64,000 bases of DNA from Callorhinchus milii (taxonomy: Eukaryota), in assembly GCF_018977255.1 (NCBI RefSeq), contig NW_024704743.1:106890001-106954000 (forward strand), in the 5' to 3' direction. The notes under the pieces were generated by a model, which was not told the DNA's origin, did no database searches, and saw only the letters and a program-made list of their open reading frames with translations. A program made the translations under genes and the position numbers. Positions 63,271 through 64,000 of this stretch are shown here, piece by piece. Each line of letters begins with the position of its first letter. Within the stretch, counting starts at the first letter, position 1.

Positions 63271-63502
63271 AACAACAAAACTACATTTGTATAGCACCTT
63301 TCACGTCAGATGGGAGGACATCCCAAGGCACTGGGCAATCAATGTTTTGGATCCAAGCCTGGGATCGGGGAGGGTTGGGGTGAGAGAGGGAGGAGGGTGA
63401 CCAAAGGCACGGTCAAAGAGGAGGGAGGGTCTTGAGACAGGTCTTGAAGGAGGCGAGGGAGGGGGCAAGGCAGAGGGACTGCGGGATGGAGTTCCAGAGG
63501 TT
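63270..63502 (-). mobile_element. L2 3' end abutting the preceding copy tail-to-tail
   Basis: caacaacaaaactacatttgtatagcacctttcacg...gggatggagttccagagg. Confidence 0.88.
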
Positions 63503-63849
63503 TCATTGTTGCATGTTGCTGCAGCATAGGGGAAATGGGGGCGTTCTTTATTTTCTGTCCAGCTTATTAAGTATTCAATGCCTGATGTGGTGGTAGGTTG
63601 TGAGTCTGTCCGTTATTTCAGACTGGCTTAGCTTGAGTTGTCAGGTCTCTGCTGTGCTGTTGGATGCCGAATGCCTTATAACAATAAGATGCATGTTTGG
63701 TTGGCAGAGGAGCACTCGCTCTGTTTGAATAATAAATTATAATTCCCACTGGACATTCGCTGAGGGTTTAGCATCACCCAAAACCTCAGCCAAGCCATGA
63801 GTTTAGCCCAGACAATGCTGGCTCATGATGAAACTGGCTTTTTTTAAAA

Positions 63850-63970
63850 AGAAAAACACACACAGGAAAAGCTGCATAGCTGAAATTAACACAAATTGCT
63901 GGAAATACTCAGTAAGTCAACAAGCATCTGAAAGCAAAAGTTGGGTTACCGTTTTGGGTGTGGGTCATCA
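63850..63970 (+). mobile_element. Penelope-like terminal repeat fragment
   Basis: aaattgctggaaatactcagtaagtcaacaagcatctg...gttaccgttttggg; family assignment from recall. Confidence 0.5.
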
Positions 63971-64000
63971 CCACAATCTAATTCCAATAAAAATTGGTAT

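Noticed and set aside
1..64000. CRISPR arrays, operons, prokaryotic defence systems, rRNA genes, intact transposase or RT genes
   Set aside because: None seen; the sequence is vertebrate intron-like DNA and all RT fragments are disrupted.

Overview
Vertebrate (not prokaryotic) genomic DNA. The repeat content (pyrimidine-rich L2 LINEs with (TTG)n tails, CR1 fragments, tRNA-headed Deu-domain SINEs sharing an L2 tail, Penelope-like termini) suggests a cartilaginous fish; this is an inference. I find no convincing host protein-coding exon. The window looks like the 5' end of a long + strand gene: a CpG island with a candidate first exon at ~2.9-3.27 kb, alternating G/T-rich and C/A-rich repeat blocks at 3.3-6.4 kb, ~57 kb of TE-rich intron-like DNA, and one well-formed 93-nt non-coding exon candidate at 48809-48901. 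The gene cannot be named. The long ORFs in the track are low-complexity artefacts or decayed LINE ORF2. The most notable signals are structural: a 45-bp-stem hairpin at ~23.0 kb whose four mismatches are all C-A, a nested inverted repeat at 11.9-14.0 kb with a 118-bp ~95% identical inner pair, mutually complementary repeat blocks around the candidate 5' splice donors, a tail-to-tail L2 pair, palindromic MITE-like elements, and a young chimeric SINE. TE family names come from recall of family motifs, not a database search, and boundaries of degraded copies are approximate.
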